DNA of 64,000 bases from Bacteroidales bacterium (GCA_027858835.1 JAQIBY010000143.1:4332-68331), one strand, 5' to 3'. Numbered from the stretch's first letter, positions 17,986-28,392 are shown. Notes: a model not told the origin generated them from the letters alone. Numbers and translations: made by a program.

Positions 17986-18492
17986 TTAATCTTTACACGA
18001 GCCGTCACGCATGCCATGTCCGCTCATTCCGCGACCTTTTTTGTGATTGCTGTTCATGCCGTGTTTCCCATTTCGGGAAGAACGATGCATGTCAAAATTC
18101 GCTTTTTGCTCCGGAGTTAAAAGATTTCTTACCGCAAGATGATGTGCCACACGCTTTTTTTGCATCTGGTTTTGAATTTCACTCATCTCGTCAATTTTAG
18201 CGTCGATTGCTTTTGCATTCGGATTGTCCGCAATCATTAATTTGTGCTTTTCAGCCCGCAGAATTGCTAAATCAGCCTTTAAATCTTTCACCTCGGCGTA
18301 ATGTGCATTGCGCAATTCTGTTATTTGCGCTTCCTGTTCATCGCTTAAATCAGGAATTCGGCAATCTTGACCCCGATATTCGGTGTCTGAATTTCTTGAT
18401 CCGTCGGAACTACGACCTTGTGCTTGAACCTGAATCGTGCTTAAAAATAAGACAGCGATTAAAATCTGTGTTAATAATGTTTTTGTTTTCAT
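17986..18492 (-). CDS. Spy/CpxP-family periplasmic protein (LTxxQ motifs)
   Basis: Start chosen at MKTKTLLTQILIAVLFLSTIQVQAQ (signal peptide, ATG 18490-18492). LSDEQEAQI and LTPEQKANF motifs. The C-terminal tail is His/Gly-rich. Confidence 0.7.
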   Translation of the reverse strand: MKTKTLLTQILIAVLFLSTIQVQAQGRSSDGSRNSDTEYRGQDCRIPDLSDEQEAQITELRNAHYAEVKDLKADLAILRAEKHKLMIADNPNAKAIDAKIDEMSEIQNQMQKKRVAHHLAVRNLLTPEQKANFDMHRSSRNGKHGMNSNHKKGRGMSGHGMRDGSCKD

Positions 18493-18747
18493 AATATTTT
18501 GTATTTTGTTTGTTTGTATCTTTGATGCGAATAATTTACGAAGGTTTAAATGAGGTGGAAAGTTTGATCCACTGGTGAGCTGCCTGTCCGACTGCTGGCT
18601 GAGACAAGGGTTAGAAGTTTCCGTCTTCACTGCGTTACGCCGGACAAGTTCAGTTGGAGGTTAGTTGGTTTTTTTTATTTGTAATTTGAATATTGGGATT
18701 TGAAATTTATTTGTTATTTGTTATTTGAGATTTGAGATTTATAAACT

Positions 18748-20019
18748 ATGGATATTCCAGTAATTGTTTTATTGGTCGGATTACTAATTTTTGGTTCGTT
18801 CTTTTTTAATCGGATTTTCTCCAGATTAAAAATCCCCAGTGCATTGTTTTTCATTATTGTTGGTGTTATTCTCGGGTTTTACATTGATCCGGATTTATAT
18901 CTTGGTGATGTTGGCGGAGCATTTGCTGCATTAACACTTAATGTAATTATATATCATGTCGGGAAACGATTTAATTTTAAAAACATAAAAACCGTTCCAA
19001 CCAGAGCATTGCCATTTACCTTGCTCAATGTGTTTTTTGCAATTGTTTTAATTGCCGGAGCTGCTCGATTTATTGGGAAAATGGACTGGACAGCATCCTT
19101 ATTTCTTGCATTTATATTAAGTGGAACATCATCCGTAATTATTGTGCCTATAGCACAGTCATTAAAACTAAAAGATAAAAGCCGAAAAACGCTGGTTTAT
19201 GAATCTGTTTTCACTGATATAATATGTATTGTCGGCGGACTTATTTTCTTTGAATATATTATTCACGGTGCAAATACAACGACAGGTGTTTCCGGAAAAG
19301 TAGCAGAATCCGTACTTTTTGGATTGCTTTCAGGAGTTATTGCCGGCGTCTTATGGGTATTAGTGTTAATCAGCATGAAACGTGTAACCCACACGATGTT
19401 TGCCAGTCTTGCATTCATTCTTATAATTTTCGGAGCCAGTACACTTATCGGATTTAATGGCGGTTTTGCGGTTTTGGCTTTTGGTATTATGGCGGGAAAT
19501 ATCGACCATAACATGTTTAGAAAGTGGTTCACACCCGTAATGACAGAAAAAGCAAAAGAATACACATCAAATGAAAAATATTTCTTTGAGGAAATTATTT
19601 TGCTCATTCAAACCTACTTCTTTGTTTACATGGGGATGATGTTGGAATATTACTCAACGCTAGTCTTTCTGATTGCACTTGTACTCATGGTTATTCTTGT
19701 TTTATTAAGATGGGTTAGTGTAAGAGCCTTTGCTTCCCGCGGGATTGATTATAAAGAGCGAATTATAATGAGTGTCCTGCTGCCAAAAGGAATTATTCCG
19801 GCGGTCATGGCAACTTTTGCATTTGAGATGGGATTAAACGGGGGTCTTGAAATTATGCAATATGCATATGCTATCATTATTATCAGCTTATTTGTTAGTT
19901 CAGTTTTAATTGCCATCGCAAGAAAAGACCCGGAATATTTCGGGCGGGTAAAAGACAAAATGCTTAGTCACAATAAAACAGACAAAGATGTTGACAATAA
20001 TTCCTCTGAAGAAAATTAG
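18748..20019 (+). CDS. Cation:proton antiporter (Na+/H+ exchanger family)
   Basis: 423 aa, polytopic with about 11-12 hydrophobic spans. Layout is typical of CPA-type exchangers. Confidence 0.65.
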   Translation: MDIPVIVLLVGLLIFGSFFFNRIFSRLKIPSALFFIIVGVILGFYIDPDLYLGDVGGAFAALTLNVIIYHVGKRFNFKNIKTVPTRALPFTLLNVFFAIVLIAGAARFIGKMDWTASLFLAFILSGTSSVIIVPIAQSLKLKDKSRKTLVYESVFTDIICIVGGLIFFEYIIHGANTTTGVSGKVAESVLFGLLSGVIAGVLWVLVLISMKRVTHTMFASLAFILIIFGASTLIGFNGGFAVLAFGIMAGNIDHNMFRKWFTPVMTEKAKEYTSNEKYFFEEIILLIQTYFFVYMGMMLEYYSTLVFLIALVLMVILVLLRWVSVRAFASRGIDYKERIIMSVLLPKGIIPAVMATFAFEMGLNGGLEIMQYAYAIIIISLFVSSVLIAIARKDPEYFGRVKDKMLSHNKTDKDVDNNSSEEN

Positions 20020-20422
20020 TTTACCACCAAACGGATTGCACCTTTGGCTGAGTTTAAGCGCTCCGGATTTGCCGTCAGGAAGCGGTGTTATTATTGATAC
20101 CGGTGCCTCCCAAACCGTATTTGACCCAGATATTATGGGAAATTACCTGAGTGACATCCGTGAAAACACAGAAACTGATTTTGCCTCTGGGGTAAATGCA
20201 ATGATAGAAAAAACAGAATTCGGATACATTAACGAGCCAATTATCGGAGCACAAAAATGCAAAGACCTAAGCGTTGGAATCATGAGCTTAGAACATATTC
20301 GCAGTATTTATAGTGAATTCTTCGGATTGAATCTTTGTGGCCTCATTGGCAGTGATTTTCTTCAAAAATACAGTGCTAAAATTGATTACAAATTATCAAA
20401 TTTGACACTATATTCAGATTAA
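19988..20422 (+). CDS. Retropepsin-like aspartic protease family protein
   Basis: 144 aa. IIDTGASQTVF (DTGA active-site motif) and a C-terminal LIGSDFL flap-like motif. The start overlaps the antiporter 3' end by 32 nt. Confidence 0.7.
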   Translation: MLTIIPLKKISLPPNGLHLWLSLSAPDLPSGSGVIIDTGASQTVFDPDIMGNYLSDIRENTETDFASGVNAMIEKTEFGYINEPIIGAQKCKDLSVGIMSLEHIRSIYSEFFGLNLCGLIGSDFLQKYSAKIDYKLSNLTLYSD

Positions 20423-20457
20423 GTCTTATAAAGCCTTATGTTTTTAAAAATTATCAA

Positions 20458-20465
20458 TATATTTG
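20458..20465 (+). promoter_or_regulatory. Bacteroidota -7 promoter element candidate (TAnnTTTG) upstream of secDF
   Basis: TATATTTG lies 38 nt upstream of the secDF ATG. Confidence 0.3.
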
Positions 20466-20503
20466 CAAGTCAAATTAAATAGAATAATTAAAAGTTTATT
20501 ACA

Positions 20504-23500
20504 ATGCGGAATAAAGGAGCAGTTATTACGATTTTGGTTCTCCTGACATTAATTGTCTTGTATTATCTGTCTTTCAGCCTTAAAACTTTTCAGGTTGAAA
20601 AAAATGCAAAAGCGCAGGCCGTTGAGCTTGCCGACAGAAATCTTGGAGAAGCAGCAGATGCCGATAAGTATGAATTTTATGTAGATTCCGTTGAATCTTC
20701 ATATCTGGATTCTATTTCCGGCGAGGTGATTTACAATTTTCTAGGAAAACATACTTACCTAGACTGTAAAGCAAGTGAGATAAATTTAGGTCTTGACCTT
20801 AAAGGAGGGATGAACGTAACCCTCGAAATTAAGGCTGAGGACATGGTAAAAGCTTTAGCTAATGACAAGCGCAATCCGAAATTGATTGAAGCATTGCAAA
20901 TTGCGGAGGAAAACCAAACCAAAGGTAGCGAAAGCTTTGTCGTACTTTTTGTGGAAGCATATGAATCAATTGCGCCAGGAGAAAGTATCGCTCCATTGTT
21001 TATCACACCTCAAAACAAAGAAAAAATTACGATTTCTTCCCCAAATGAAGATGTTCAACAATATCTAATGGAAGAAACTCAGGCAGCTTATAATAATGCC
21101 TTTGATATCTTGAGAAAACGTATTGACCATTTTGGTGTAGTACAACCTAACATCCAGCGTGATGTCGCCGTTAAGGGACGTTTTCATATTGAGCTTCCGG
21201 GGATTAAAGACCCTGAACGTGTAAGAGATTTATTGCAAGGAACAGCGAAGCTCGGATTTTACGAAACCTATGAGTTTGCTGAAATCATTGCAAGTCTGCA
21301 ACAAGCTGAAAATACCATCGCAAAATCCATCATGAAAGATGAAACAACTGTAGATGATACCCCGGAAACCGAAACAGAGGAAACAACTCAGGAGGTTGAG
21401 CAAACCGAGGAAGCTGATAGCATTACACAAACTGATGAAGTGCCGGATTTCCTCGAAAACGAAGAAATTGAGCCCGGAGTTAAAACAGTTGAAGAAGATG
21501 TCGTTGATACAACGGAAACCAGTCAACTTGCACAGCAGAAACAATATAAAAAAGACCATCCTCTTTTTGCGCTCTTACAACCTAGCATCAATCAAGAAGG
21601 ACAAGCTGCAAAAGGTCCCGTTGTTGGTACTGCTCATTTTAAAGACACAGCACGTATTAACCGTTACCTAAACATGAAAGAAGTACGCTCTATACTGCCG
21701 ATTGATTTGAAATTTGCATGGACATTTAAAGCAATACCGAATGCTGAAGGTGGTGTGATGGAAGGTTATTTTAACCTAATCGCACTGAAAGAAACCCGTA
21801 AAGGTGGTCCTGTCCTTTCAGGTGATGTGGTTGAAAAGGCAACAAAAGAGTTTAGTAATTCCGGTGGTGCCGCTGCAGAAGTTACCATGCTGATGAACAG
21901 CGAAGGAGCAAAAGAATGGGCGAAAATTACCGAAAACAATATCAACAGAAGCATCGCGATTGTACTTGACGGATATGTCTATTCTTATCCAAATGTATCA
22001 GGAAAAATTCCAGGAGGACGTTCATCCATTACTGGTAACTTTACTCCCGAAGAAGCAGAGGATTTGGCAAACGTATTGAAATCAGGTAAAATGCCTGCTC
22101 CTGCACGGATTATCTCAGAAGAAATTGTCGGACCAACCTTGGGGCAAAAAGCAATCGATTCAGGCTTGAAATCCTTTATTATTGCCTTCCTCGTTGTTCT
22201 GCTTTATATGATATTTTATTATAACCGCGCCGGTTTGGTTGCAGATATTGCTTTGATTGCAAATATTTTCTTCATCTTCGGTTCACTTGCGGCATTCGGG
22301 GCAGTGCTAACATTGCCGGGAATTGCAGGTATCGTGTTAACAATTGGTATGTCGGTGGATGCGAATGTGCTCATCTACGAGCGAATTCGAGAGGAACTTG
22401 CCGCCGGCAAAGGCTTAAAACTTGCCATTTCTGATGGGTATAAAAACGCTTATTCAGCAATCCTCGATGCGAATATTACCACATTACTTGTTGCAATTAT
22501 TCTCTTTAAATTTGGCGTTGGTCCGATTCAAGGTTTTGCAACAACATTGATTATCGGTATTCTTTCTTCACTATTTACTGCAATTTTCATTACCCGCTTA
22601 ATATTCAGCGCAATGATGGGAAAAGATAAAGTCGTGAAGTTTGATACAAAATTGACTCGTAATGCATTTAAAAATCTGGAAATCAAATTCCTTGCAAAAC
22701 GCAAAATAGCTTATATTGTTTCCGGAATTTTTATTGTAATTGCACTCGGCTCACTTGTAACACGTGGTTTAAACCCAGGCATCGACTTTACCGGAGGTAG
22801 AACTTTTGTCGTGAAATTCGACCAAGATATTGAGGTGCAAAATGTAGCTTCAACTTTGGAAATGTCTTTTGGTGAAAGACCAATGGTGAAATCATTCGGT
22901 GGTAGTGATCAGGTTAAAATTGTCACAAAATATAAAATTGATGACAATTCAAAATCTGTTGATAATGAAGTTGATTCACTTGTATATGCCGGTTTGAAAA
23001 CTCAACTTGGTGATGATGTTACAATGGATCAGTTCCAGAAAGAATACAAGCAATCATCGCAAAAGGTTGGTCCATCCATTGCAGATGACATTTTAAGAAA
23101 ATCATTCTTTGCCGTTGGATTGGCACTGATTATTATTTTCCTTTATATCCTGATAAGATTCCAAAAATGGCAATACTCACTTGGTGCAATTGCCGCTTTG
23201 GTACATGATGTGCTATTTGTGCTTGGTTTGTTCTCACTATTCTATGCAATCATGCCATTTAGCATGGAAATTGATCAGGCCTTCATTGCTGCTATTTTAA
23301 CGGTAGTTGGTTATTCAATTAACGATACGGTTGTTGTATTTGATAGAATTCGTGAATTCTTTAAGATTCACCCAAAACGCAGTGAAGAAGTTAATATTAA
23401 TAATGCATTGAACAGTACAATTAGTCGTACCTTCAGTACATCGTTAAGTACCTTCTTTGTACTACTTACCATCTTCATTTTCGGTGGTGAAGTAATCCGC

Positions 23501-23611
23501 GGGTTCATTTTTGCACTCATGGTTGGTATTGTTGTCGGTACTTACTCATCACTTTTTGTTGCAACTCCGGTCGCCTTTGAAATGATGAAAAAGAAATACA
23601 TGAAAAAATAA
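20504..23611 (+). CDS. secDF: Protein translocase subunit SecDF (fused)
   Basis: 1035 aa. The SecD-like half has a large periplasmic domain and the SecF-like half carries IAALVHDVLFVLG and INDTVVVFDRIRE motifs. The fusion is typical of Bacteroidota. Confidence 0.92.
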   Translation: MRNKGAVITILVLLTLIVLYYLSFSLKTFQVEKNAKAQAVELADRNLGEAADADKYEFYVDSVESSYLDSISGEVIYNFLGKHTYLDCKASEINLGLDLKGGMNVTLEIKAEDMVKALANDKRNPKLIEALQIAEENQTKGSESFVVLFVEAYESIAPGESIAPLFITPQNKEKITISSPNEDVQQYLMEETQAAYNNAFDILRKRIDHFGVVQPNIQRDVAVKGRFHIELPGIKDPERVRDLLQGTAKLGFYETYEFAEIIASLQQAENTIAKSIMKDETTVDDTPETETEETTQEVEQTEEADSITQTDEVPDFLENEEIEPGVKTVEEDVVDTTETSQLAQQKQYKKDHPLFALLQPSINQEGQAAKGPVVGTAHFKDTARINRYLNMKEVRSILPIDLKFAWTFKAIPNAEGGVMEGYFNLIALKETRKGGPVLSGDVVEKATKEFSNSGGAAAEVTMLMNSEGAKEWAKITENNINRSIAIVLDGYVYSYPNVSGKIPGGRSSITGNFTPEEAEDLANVLKSGKMPAPARIISEEIVGPTLGQKAIDSGLKSFIIAFLVVLLYMIFYYNRAGLVADIALIANIFFIFGSLAAFGAVLTLPGIAGIVLTIGMSVDANVLIYERIREELAAGKGLKLAISDGYKNAYSAILDANITTLLVAIILFKFGVGPIQGFATTLIIGILSSLFTAIFITRLIFSAMMGKDKVVKFDTKLTRNAFKNLEIKFLAKRKIAYIVSGIFIVIALGSLVTRGLNPGIDFTGGRTFVVKFDQDIEVQNVASTLEMSFGERPMVKSFGGSDQVKIVTKYKIDDNSKSVDNEVDSLVYAGLKTQLGDDVTMDQFQKEYKQSSQKVGPSIADDILRKSFFAVGLALIIIFLYILIRFQKWQYSLGAIAALVHDVLFVLGLFSLFYAIMPFSMEIDQAFIAAILTVVGYSINDTVVVFDRIREFFKIHPKRSEEVNINNALNSTISRTFSTSLSTFFVLLTIFIFGGEVIRGFIFALMVGIVVGTYSSLFVATPVAFEMMKKKYMKK

Positions 23612-23631
23612 CTAATTTCAAATAAATAATT

Positions 23632-23666
23632 AGAAGCTTGTTCCTTGGAACAGGCTTCTTTTTTGT
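23632..23666 (+). terminator. Rho-independent terminator after secDF
   Basis: AGAAGCTTGTTCC/GGAACAGGCTTCT stem followed by TTTTTTG. Confidence 0.7.
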
Positions 23667-23773
23667 TTAAAGACAGATCAATTAAGTATATTTCAACAAT
23701 AATTTAGCAATAAATTCATTCTGAAATTCATAAAATAGTGTATCTTTCCATTTTATTAGGAGCTTGTCATTTT

Positions 23774-25030
23774 ATGAAACGCATTATATACATTCTCGCC
23801 GTAATTTCCATTGTACTGATTAGTAACTCAGGGCAGGCACAAACTTACCGGGACACAATCAAAACTTACGAAGAAATCCTACAGCGGTATGAATCTAAAA
23901 CCGATTCTGTCCGTAGCTTAATGGGAAACATGAAATTAAAATACATTCAAAGTACAATTGAATCTGTCGGATTACCCATCGGTGCAATACAAGAAGAAAT
24001 AACAAGCCATCCGGGACTCCGAATTTCTTACAATGAAAATCATGAAATTGCAAACTGGGTTGCAAGTATGATTTTGCCGGATATTAAAACAGGGAATTTC
24101 GGTCGTACAAATGACTTTCGTGTTGACACAAGCATTTCTACCGGATCAACCGAAGAAGCTGACTTCTTTTTAAAAACACGCATTGAAGCGGATAAATATG
24201 AATACGACGGCTACGGATTCGACAGAGGTCACCTCGCTCCTTCTGCAGATTATCGCTGGTCACAAACCGCTATGTCTGCAACTTACTTTTATTCAAACAT
24301 GACACCTCAGCATCCCGATTTTAATCGTGGGAAATGGGCAAGTGTCGAAGCATTTCTTAGAGCATATATTATGGAAACCGAAACGGAGTTAATCATTTAT
24401 ACCGGACCGATTTTGTATGATAACATGCCACAAGTAAAACGCAGTATAAATGAAATGAGTTTGCCTGACGAACATTACAAAATTGCGATTGACATGGAAA
24501 ACGAGCGGGTCATTACTTTCTTAATGCCCAATCAACGCATAGACAATCCAATTGAAGATTATGTGGTGACAATTGATTCCATCGAGAAAAAAACAGGTTT
24601 AGATTTTTTAACTCAAATACCGGAAAATAAAGAAACAGAGCTGGAATCACAAAACAACCCAGAGCCTTGGTTTAGCGGAAAACAAAAAGGAGATCGCATG
24701 CCCTTGACAAAGTCCGAATTGCCGCCAAAAGCATACAATACCCGCGATGCGAGGGCATTTATGGGAGCAAAGCGTAAAGCCACTATTTGCGGAACAGTTG
24801 TCTCAACACATAAATCTCAAAAAGGAAATACCTTTATCAATTTGGACAAATCCTTCCCGAATCAAGTTTTTTCAATCACTATTTGGGCATCAGATCATGT
24901 AAACTTTCCATTCAAACCGGCAGAATTCCTTATGGATAAAAAAATCTGTGTAACAGGGAAAGTCACAGAATATAATGGAACTCCATCGCTTTACCTGAGC
25001 AATGAAAATAACATTGAAATTTTAGATTAA
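23774..25030 (+). CDS. Secreted DNA/RNA non-specific endonuclease (NUC family) with C-terminal OB-fold-like domain
   Basis: Signal peptide MKRIIYILAVISIVLISNSGQA (start chosen at 23774). Active-site FDRGHLAPSADY ... SNMTPQ. The C-terminal roughly 90 aa (ICGTVVSTHKSQKGNTFINL...KICVTGKVTEYNGTPSL) resembles an OB-fold nucleic-acid-binding module. Confidence 0.8.
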   Translation: MKRIIYILAVISIVLISNSGQAQTYRDTIKTYEEILQRYESKTDSVRSLMGNMKLKYIQSTIESVGLPIGAIQEEITSHPGLRISYNENHEIANWVASMILPDIKTGNFGRTNDFRVDTSISTGSTEEADFFLKTRIEADKYEYDGYGFDRGHLAPSADYRWSQTAMSATYFYSNMTPQHPDFNRGKWASVEAFLRAYIMETETELIIYTGPILYDNMPQVKRSINEMSLPDEHYKIAIDMENERVITFLMPNQRIDNPIEDYVVTIDSIEKKTGLDFLTQIPENKETELESQNNPEPWFSGKQKGDRMPLTKSELPPKAYNTRDARAFMGAKRKATICGTVVSTHKSQKGNTFINLDKSFPNQVFSITIWASDHVNFPFKPAEFLMDKKICVTGKVTEYNGTPSLYLSNENNIEILD

Positions 25031-25174
25031 CCTCCAGATTTATCTCGGGTTTTTATGAAAAAATAAACCCCGAGCTTTAAGCCTGGCATCTCATATTTTG
25101 TGCATACAACAAACCCGTCACTGCCAAAATGTCAATTTAACTGCCAATTTGCAGATTTTTCATTTGAATTTTTG

Positions 25175-25182
25175 TATTTTTG
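25175..25182 (+). promoter_or_regulatory. TAnnTTTG -7 element candidate upstream of the sigma-54 activator gene
   Basis: TATTTTTG lies 20 nt upstream of ATG 25202. A TTTG at 25148-25151 sits about 23 nt further upstream as a possible -33 element. Confidence 0.3.
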
Positions 25183-25201
25183 CAATGAAAAGAATGGTTT
25201 A

Positions 25202-26452
25202 ATGGAAATTCAAACAGTTAAACAACGATTTGGAATTACAGGAAACTCGGATGGCTTAAATCGTGCGATTGATTTAGCGATGCAGGTTGCTCCAACTGAT
25301 TTATCAGTTTTGGTAACCGGAGAAAGTGGAGTCGGGAAAGAAAATATTCCTCGCATCATTCATCAAAATTCGCATCGAAAACATGGTGAATACATTGCCG
25401 TTAATTGCGGAGCTATCCCTGAAGGAACCATTGACAGTGAGCTTTTTGGACATGAAAAAGGGTCATTTACCGGTGCCACGGATAACAGAAAAGGCTATTT
25501 CGAAGTAGCAAATTCCGGAACGATTTTTCTCGATGAAGTGGCTGAGCTACCTTTGTCAACACAAGTCAGATTACTACGTGTACTCGAATCCGGCGAATTT
25601 ATGCGTGTCGGTTCGTCAAAAGTTCAAAAGACCGATGTGCGAGTTGTTGCAGCAACTAATGTTAACATTCTTGATGCAATCGCTAATAACAAATTTCGGG
25701 AAGATTTGTATTACAGATTAAACACTGTTCCTATCAGTATCCCGCCATTGCGAAACCGACAAGAAGATATTTACCTATTATTTCGGAAATTTTCAATTGA
25801 TTTTTCTGATAAATATCGCATGCCAACTTTAAAATTGGACAGAAATGCAAGAGAATTGCTGGAAAATTACCGTTGGCCTGGAAATATTCGTCAGCTTCGA
25901 AACATTACCGAACAAATGTCAATTATTGAGCAAGCAAGAGAAATTTCAGCCGAAACCTTAGCTCGATATATCCCGGGAGTTGAAAAATCAAAACTTCCGG
26001 CACTTGTGAAAAAAGCGGATGGTAACAGTCAGGATTTTTCCTCAGAAAGAGAAATTTTGTACAAAGTGCTTTTCGATATGAAAAATGACATGAACGACTT
26101 GAAAAAGCTCGTTTTTGACATGATGAAAAATGATCCGAATACGGCACAAAAAACGGAGGAGGAAAATTCCGCAATTCTTCATAAATTATATAAAGACGAA
26201 GACATTTATAAAATCAGCAGTGCGGATGAAAATTCAACACCTCCTACAGGATTTCATGCAAAACAAGAAGAAATTGAAGATACAGAGGAGTTTGTGGAGG
26301 AAAATTTAAGCCTTGCTGAAATGGAAAAAGAAATGATTTCAAAAGCACTGGAAAAACATCGCGGAAAACGAAAAGATGCCGCACAGGAGCTTGGTATCAG
26401 CGAACGGACTTTGTATCGCAAAATTAAGGAATATAATATTGAACCGGCTTGA
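25202..26452 (+). CDS. Sigma-54-dependent transcriptional activator (AAA+ plus Fis-type HTH, no receiver domain)
   Basis: Start chosen at [18 protein letters not shown] Walker [14 protein letters not shown] (GAFTGA-type loop), FLDEV Walker B, C-terminal [19 protein letters not shown]. Confidence 0.88.
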   Translation: MEIQTVKQRFGITGNSDGLNRAIDLAMQVAPTDLSVLVTGESGVGKENIPRIIHQNSHRKHGEYIAVNCGAIPEGTIDSELFGHEKGSFTGATDNRKGYFEVANSGTIFLDEVAELPLSTQVRLLRVLESGEFMRVGSSKVQKTDVRVVAATNVNILDAIANNKFREDLYYRLNTVPISIPPLRNRQEDIYLLFRKFSIDFSDKYRMPTLKLDRNARELLENYRWPGNIRQLRNITEQMSIIEQAREISAETLARYIPGVEKSKLPALVKKADGNSQDFSSEREILYKVLFDMKNDMNDLKKLVFDMMKNDPNTAQKTEEENSAILHKLYKDEDIYKISSADENSTPPTGFHAKQEEIEDTEEFVEENLSLAEMEKEMISKALEKHRGKRKDAAQELGISERTLYRKIKEYNIEPA

Positions 26453-26955
26453 GAATAAATTTGAAACATATCGTCCTTATTCTTATAAGCCTGACTTTAG
26501 CAGCTTGTTCAGGCGGGTATTCCTTTACCGGTGGCAGTGTCGGAGAAGCAAAAACGCTTCGCGTAGGGTATTTCCCAAACAGAGCTGCAGTCGTAAATCC
26601 CTCATTAAGCAATCAGTTTGCAGAGGCCTTAAAGGATCGATTTTTGCAACAATCAAGCTTGAAATTAAGCAATGATGTGGCAGATTTAGAGTTTGATGGT
26701 CAGATTACTGCTTATCGCATTACACCGCAGGCAATTCAGGGAAATGAAACCGCAGCGCTCAACCGTTTAACAATTACGGTAAATGTAAAATTTGTGAACC
26801 GAATCGATGAATCGAAAAATTTTGAAAGCAGCTTTTCCCGCTTTGCAGACTATTCCAGCACAGAAAGCCTGACAAGTGTTGAAAACCAACTTGTTGACGA
26901 AATATTAGAACAAATTACTGAAGATATATTTAATCGCGCATTAGTTAATTGGTAG
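26449..26955 (+). CDS. lptE: LptE-family lipoprotein
   Basis: 168 aa with lipobox LTLAACSGG. Its size and position between the sigma-54 activator and secG match a gene order I recall from other Bacteroidota; this was not checked. Confidence 0.6.
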   Translation: MRINLKHIVLILISLTLAACSGGYSFTGGSVGEAKTLRVGYFPNRAAVVNPSLSNQFAEALKDRFLQQSSLKLSNDVADLEFDGQITAYRITPQAIQGNETAALNRLTITVNVKFVNRIDESKNFESSFSRFADYSSTESLTSVENQLVDEILEQITEDIFNRALVNW

Positions 26956-26956
26956 T

Positions 26957-28042
26957 ATGGAAAAACTCAGCTTAAAAAAATACATTAATCATCCGGATGC
27001 CCTTAATAAGGACAGCTTGAATGATTTATTTGAGTTGAGCAAAGAGTTCCCCTATTTTCAAACTGCATGGATATTGCTAGCAAAAAACCTCCATGTAATT
27101 GACGACCACCGCTTTGACGAAATTATCAAGAAAGCTGCAACTTATGCGAATGACAGAAGCAGACTTCAACAAATTATCATGAAAGCTGAACCAGAAACGG
27201 TTCCAAATAAAGCAAAACCTGTTGTTGAAAAAGCCTCAAACACGGAAAATCTACAGGAAAAACAATCAATAGAAAAGTCCGATCAGACAAATACCGAAAC
27301 AAAAGAGACAAGCCCTAAACCCGAGGCGAAAATACCTGTCAAAGAAGAGGTGAAGGAGTTGAAACCTGAGCAAGCGGATAAAGAAAAAAAGCCAGAACAA
27401 GCTAAAGCTGTGGCACAAACCGCAAAGCCGGACACATCCAAACCAGAAACAAAAGAAAAAAAACCAGAAGACGATTTAGAAACACTTTTAAAGAAACGCT
27501 TAGAAGAGCTAAAAAAAAAACCGAATGAAATAAACGAAAATCAGCATCAAATTGATGTAAAATCGAAACATCTGGAAGAAAAAATACCGCAGGATTCGGA
27601 AAATAAGGACGAAAATGAGGGATACATCATCAGTGATGAGGATTTATTTGCCTTTCCTGAAAAAAAATCAAAAGAAAAGTCACAAGCTGAAAAAGCTTTA
27701 AATACAACGCCTGAATTTTCACTTGATTCGGTAGTCAAAGAAGGAAAAAAACAGCCTGAAAACCACAAGCAAAAGCTTCTAGAACGATTCATTTCAGTGC
27801 GTTCTGAGACAAAGTTAAAATTTTCAAAATCAAAGCCAAATAAAGATTTTAACATTCCGGAATTTCACGAAACAAGTGAGCTTGTTACCGAAACATTAGC
27901 TAAAATTTACCTTTCACAGGGACATTTAGAAAAAGCATTGATTACTTATGAGAAATTAAGTTTGAAATATCCGCAAAAAAATATTTACTTTGCAAATCAA
28001 ATTGAAAAAATTAAAGAATTAATCCGAACTAAAGATAAATAA
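26957..28042 (+). CDS. Hypothetical protein with K/E/P-rich low-complexity centre and TPR-like C-terminus
   Basis: 361 aa. The central part is KPE/KKPE-rich. The C-terminal LAKIYLSQGHLEKALITYEKLSLKYPQKNIYF is TPR-like. Confidence 0.55.
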   Translation: MEKLSLKKYINHPDALNKDSLNDLFELSKEFPYFQTAWILLAKNLHVIDDHRFDEIIKKAATYANDRSRLQQIIMKAEPETVPNKAKPVVEKASNTENLQEKQSIEKSDQTNTETKETSPKPEAKIPVKEEVKELKPEQADKEKKPEQAKAVAQTAKPDTSKPETKEKKPEDDLETLLKKRLEELKKKPNEINENQHQIDVKSKHLEEKIPQDSENKDENEGYIISDEDLFAFPEKKSKEKSQAEKALNTTPEFSLDSVVKEGKKQPENHKQKLLERFISVRSETKLKFSKSKPNKDFNIPEFHETSELVTETLAKIYLSQGHLEKALITYEKLSLKYPQKNIYFANQIEKIKELIRTKDK

Positions 28043-28044
28043 CA

Positions 28045-28368
28045 ATGTTTGTATTTTTAACAATCTTATTACTCATCGTTTGTGCACTGTTAATTTTAAT
28101 CGTGCTGGTACAAAATCCTAAAGGAGGCGGATTGTCTTCTTCATTTGGACAAGGAAATTCCGTAATGGGTGTTCGCAAAACAACGGATTTTTTAGAAAAA
28201 GCAACCTGGACTTTGGCAATTGCGCTATTGGTCTTAAGTTTATTAGCAGGATTTGCAATTCCGGATCGTGCTAAAGACACAAAAGAACCACCGCCTATAG
28301 AGCAAACACAAGGAACTGAAACTCCTGTCGAAACTCCTGTCGAAACTCCGGCTCCACCTGTAGAATAA
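28045..28368 (+). CDS. secG: Preprotein translocase subunit SecG
   Basis: MFVFLTILLLIVCALLILIVLVQNPKGGGLSSSFG is the canonical SecG N-terminus. A second transmembrane span follows, then a TETPVETPVETPAPP tail. Confidence 0.88.
   Translation: MFVFLTILLLIVCALLILIVLVQNPKGGGLSSSFGQGNSVMGVRKTTDFLEKATWTLAIALLVLSLLAGFAIPDRAKDTKEPPPIEQTQGTETPVETPVETPAPPVE
28318..28356 (+). repeat. 15-bp in-frame tandem repeat (about 2.6 copies) in the secG 3' end
   Basis: GAAACTCCTGTC GAA ACTCCTGTC GAA ACTCCGGCT encodes ETPV-ETPV-ETPA. Confidence 0.8.
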
Positions 28369-28392
28369 AGGAAACACCATAAAGCTTTTATA

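Noticed and set aside
25043-25075. Hairpin after the NUC nuclease gene as a terminator
   Set aside because: The CTCGGG/CCCGAG stem is short with a bulge and has no following T-run. It is left unannotated.
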